Positions 62,540-64,000 of a stretch of DNA of 64,000 nt are shown in pieces. The notes beneath the pieces are model-generated. The model saw only the letters and a list, made by a program, of their open reading frames with translations, searched no databases and had not been told where the DNA came from. Origin of the DNA: Schmidtea polychroa (Eukaryota); NCBI GenBank assembly GCA_044892525.1, contig CM097886.1:65782001-65846000 (forward strand), given 5' to 3'. Position 1 is the stretch's first letter; the number at the start of each line of letters is the position of its first letter. The position numbers and the translations under genes are program-made.

Positions 62540-62960
62540 ACATATATGCAAGGTGACAACTTAGCGACCGTGTCAAAAAATGTAGTGAGTGTTGAGTGAT
62601 GATGATCTGGTGATGGAAAACATATTTAAACAATTTATTCGTTTAATAACAAATAATTGAAACTGAGAACAAACCTGATTGATGTTGTTAAGGCTCAAAC
62701 AAAATTGAAATATTATTGTCAGAAAATTTAACAATAAAAATAAGCAGGATTTACGTTCTTAACTAGTTGTGTTCAAAAGGAATATGGAATATCAAACTGT
62801 AACTATTACATATTTGCAACAGTGGGTCTTATGTATTTAGAAACACAAAATTCCGCTGAAAATTGTATTAACTTCATATATTAATAAATGTTGGAAACTT
62901 GTGTTGAGTATGTACAAAATTGATTCTTGAGCTATCGAGTTCTTATTGGAAAATGGTAAG
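62540..62960 (+). mobile_element. Possible hAT transposase remnant
   Basis: Fragments DVVKAQTKLKYY and LETCVEYVQN in disrupted frames; family assignment weak. Confidence 0.3.
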
Positions 62961-64000
62961 ATTTTTTCAAATTATTCTTGAAACTTAATGAGTCAGGTAC
63001 TGGGACCCTGTACATATTTCTTCAACACCAAAATGTATGTGTTTACATTTTATATAAAATTTGCGCTTAGAAAATAAACATTTTTAAAATTATTAATAAT
63101 AAATAAATCAGAATTTCAATATTTTAAAATTTACTTTTTTAGTGGTTTTTACAATTAAAAAATGAATTATTATTTATGGTCAATCCTGAGGTTAATTATG
63201 TATCGCGTCTGTGTGTACATTGGTTATTGATTGTAATTGCCTGTTGGGGTGCACACACAGGCGTGAGGCAATATATTTTTTTCATTTTTATTTCGATTTT
63301 GAAATAGATTTTTTTTGGATTTTTTTAATTGGAGTTTTCTGGAAGTGAAATGTATTATCTAATAAAAGATTGAGAAAATAACAAAATTTTATTAAATACA
63401 GAATTACATTTAACGTTGTTAATGGTAATGAACATCCGTTTTGTGTTAATTACAGGGATAACTTAGCAAATGAAAGTATGAAATCTGCTAGATAAAAAGA
63501 CATTTGGAAACTAAGCATAAGGAATTTCTAAATAAATCTGAAACATTTAATAATAACTCTTTTAGTCATCATTGAAGCTGAAAGAACTAGCATTACTTGT
63601 TTTCTTTGCGGTTAAATAATCTCAACTTTAACAACTTACAAGAACCGATCCAACATTACCTTCACTTTATAAAATACAGCCAAAAAATGAGATTATTATA
63701 AATTCAGGATAACCCTTTTTCAGCAAAATTGTAATATATGCATTTATTTTGCGTTCGATATGTATAAATATCATAGTCTTGAATTTGGGGACCCGACAAT
63801 TGCGCGCAATAAAAAAAACTAAAAAAAATTACAATTCAAATCTAATATATTTATTTCAATAGTAACTGTTACTAATAAAATTGAAAAGCCGAATAATGGT
63901 AGCATATATTTTTAAATTCAATGTTAAGGTTGTGTGCAATTCCTCAGAGGTAATCTACCACTAAAATTGTTCCATATGTTGAGGCCAAAGTCTGTAGGCG

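Overview
AT-rich eukaryotic, most likely metazoan, genomic DNA with two assembly gaps (43556-43706, 52906-53077). Host genes supported by hand-spliced models: a minus-strand chondroitin polymerizing factor (CHPF)-like gene of 4 exons that lacks the N-terminal GT31 domain, an orphan type I membrane protein, Rab18 (6 exons), an intronless HSD17B12/KAR-type SDR, and a 4-exon coiled-coil + death-domain gene. Small introns are 40-78 bp; large ones are inflated by TEs. Much of the rest is LTR retroelement debris with shared TGTTG(G)...(C)CAACA ends and 4-bp TSDs, plus hAT, pogo and foldback MITEs, Penelope remnants, an actin pseudogene and minisatellites. The centrepiece is a recent 9.4-kb gag-only LTR element (23489-32909) with apparently identical 1544-bp LTRs, a tRNA-Pro PBS, a 13-mer array, an ATG-less gag 5' end with four CCHC knuckles, and no pol. 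Its U5 carries a conserved ATGAC|GTAAG motif followed by a covarying two-domain RNA structure, also found in diverged LTR copies. Splicing that donor to AG 27713 restores an in-frame 875-aa Gag and removes the structure and the PBS, suggesting a splice-gated switch between translation and packaging in a non-autonomous element (inference). A second LTR family carries a different covarying RNA. All of this was read by eye; no searches or folding programs were run.
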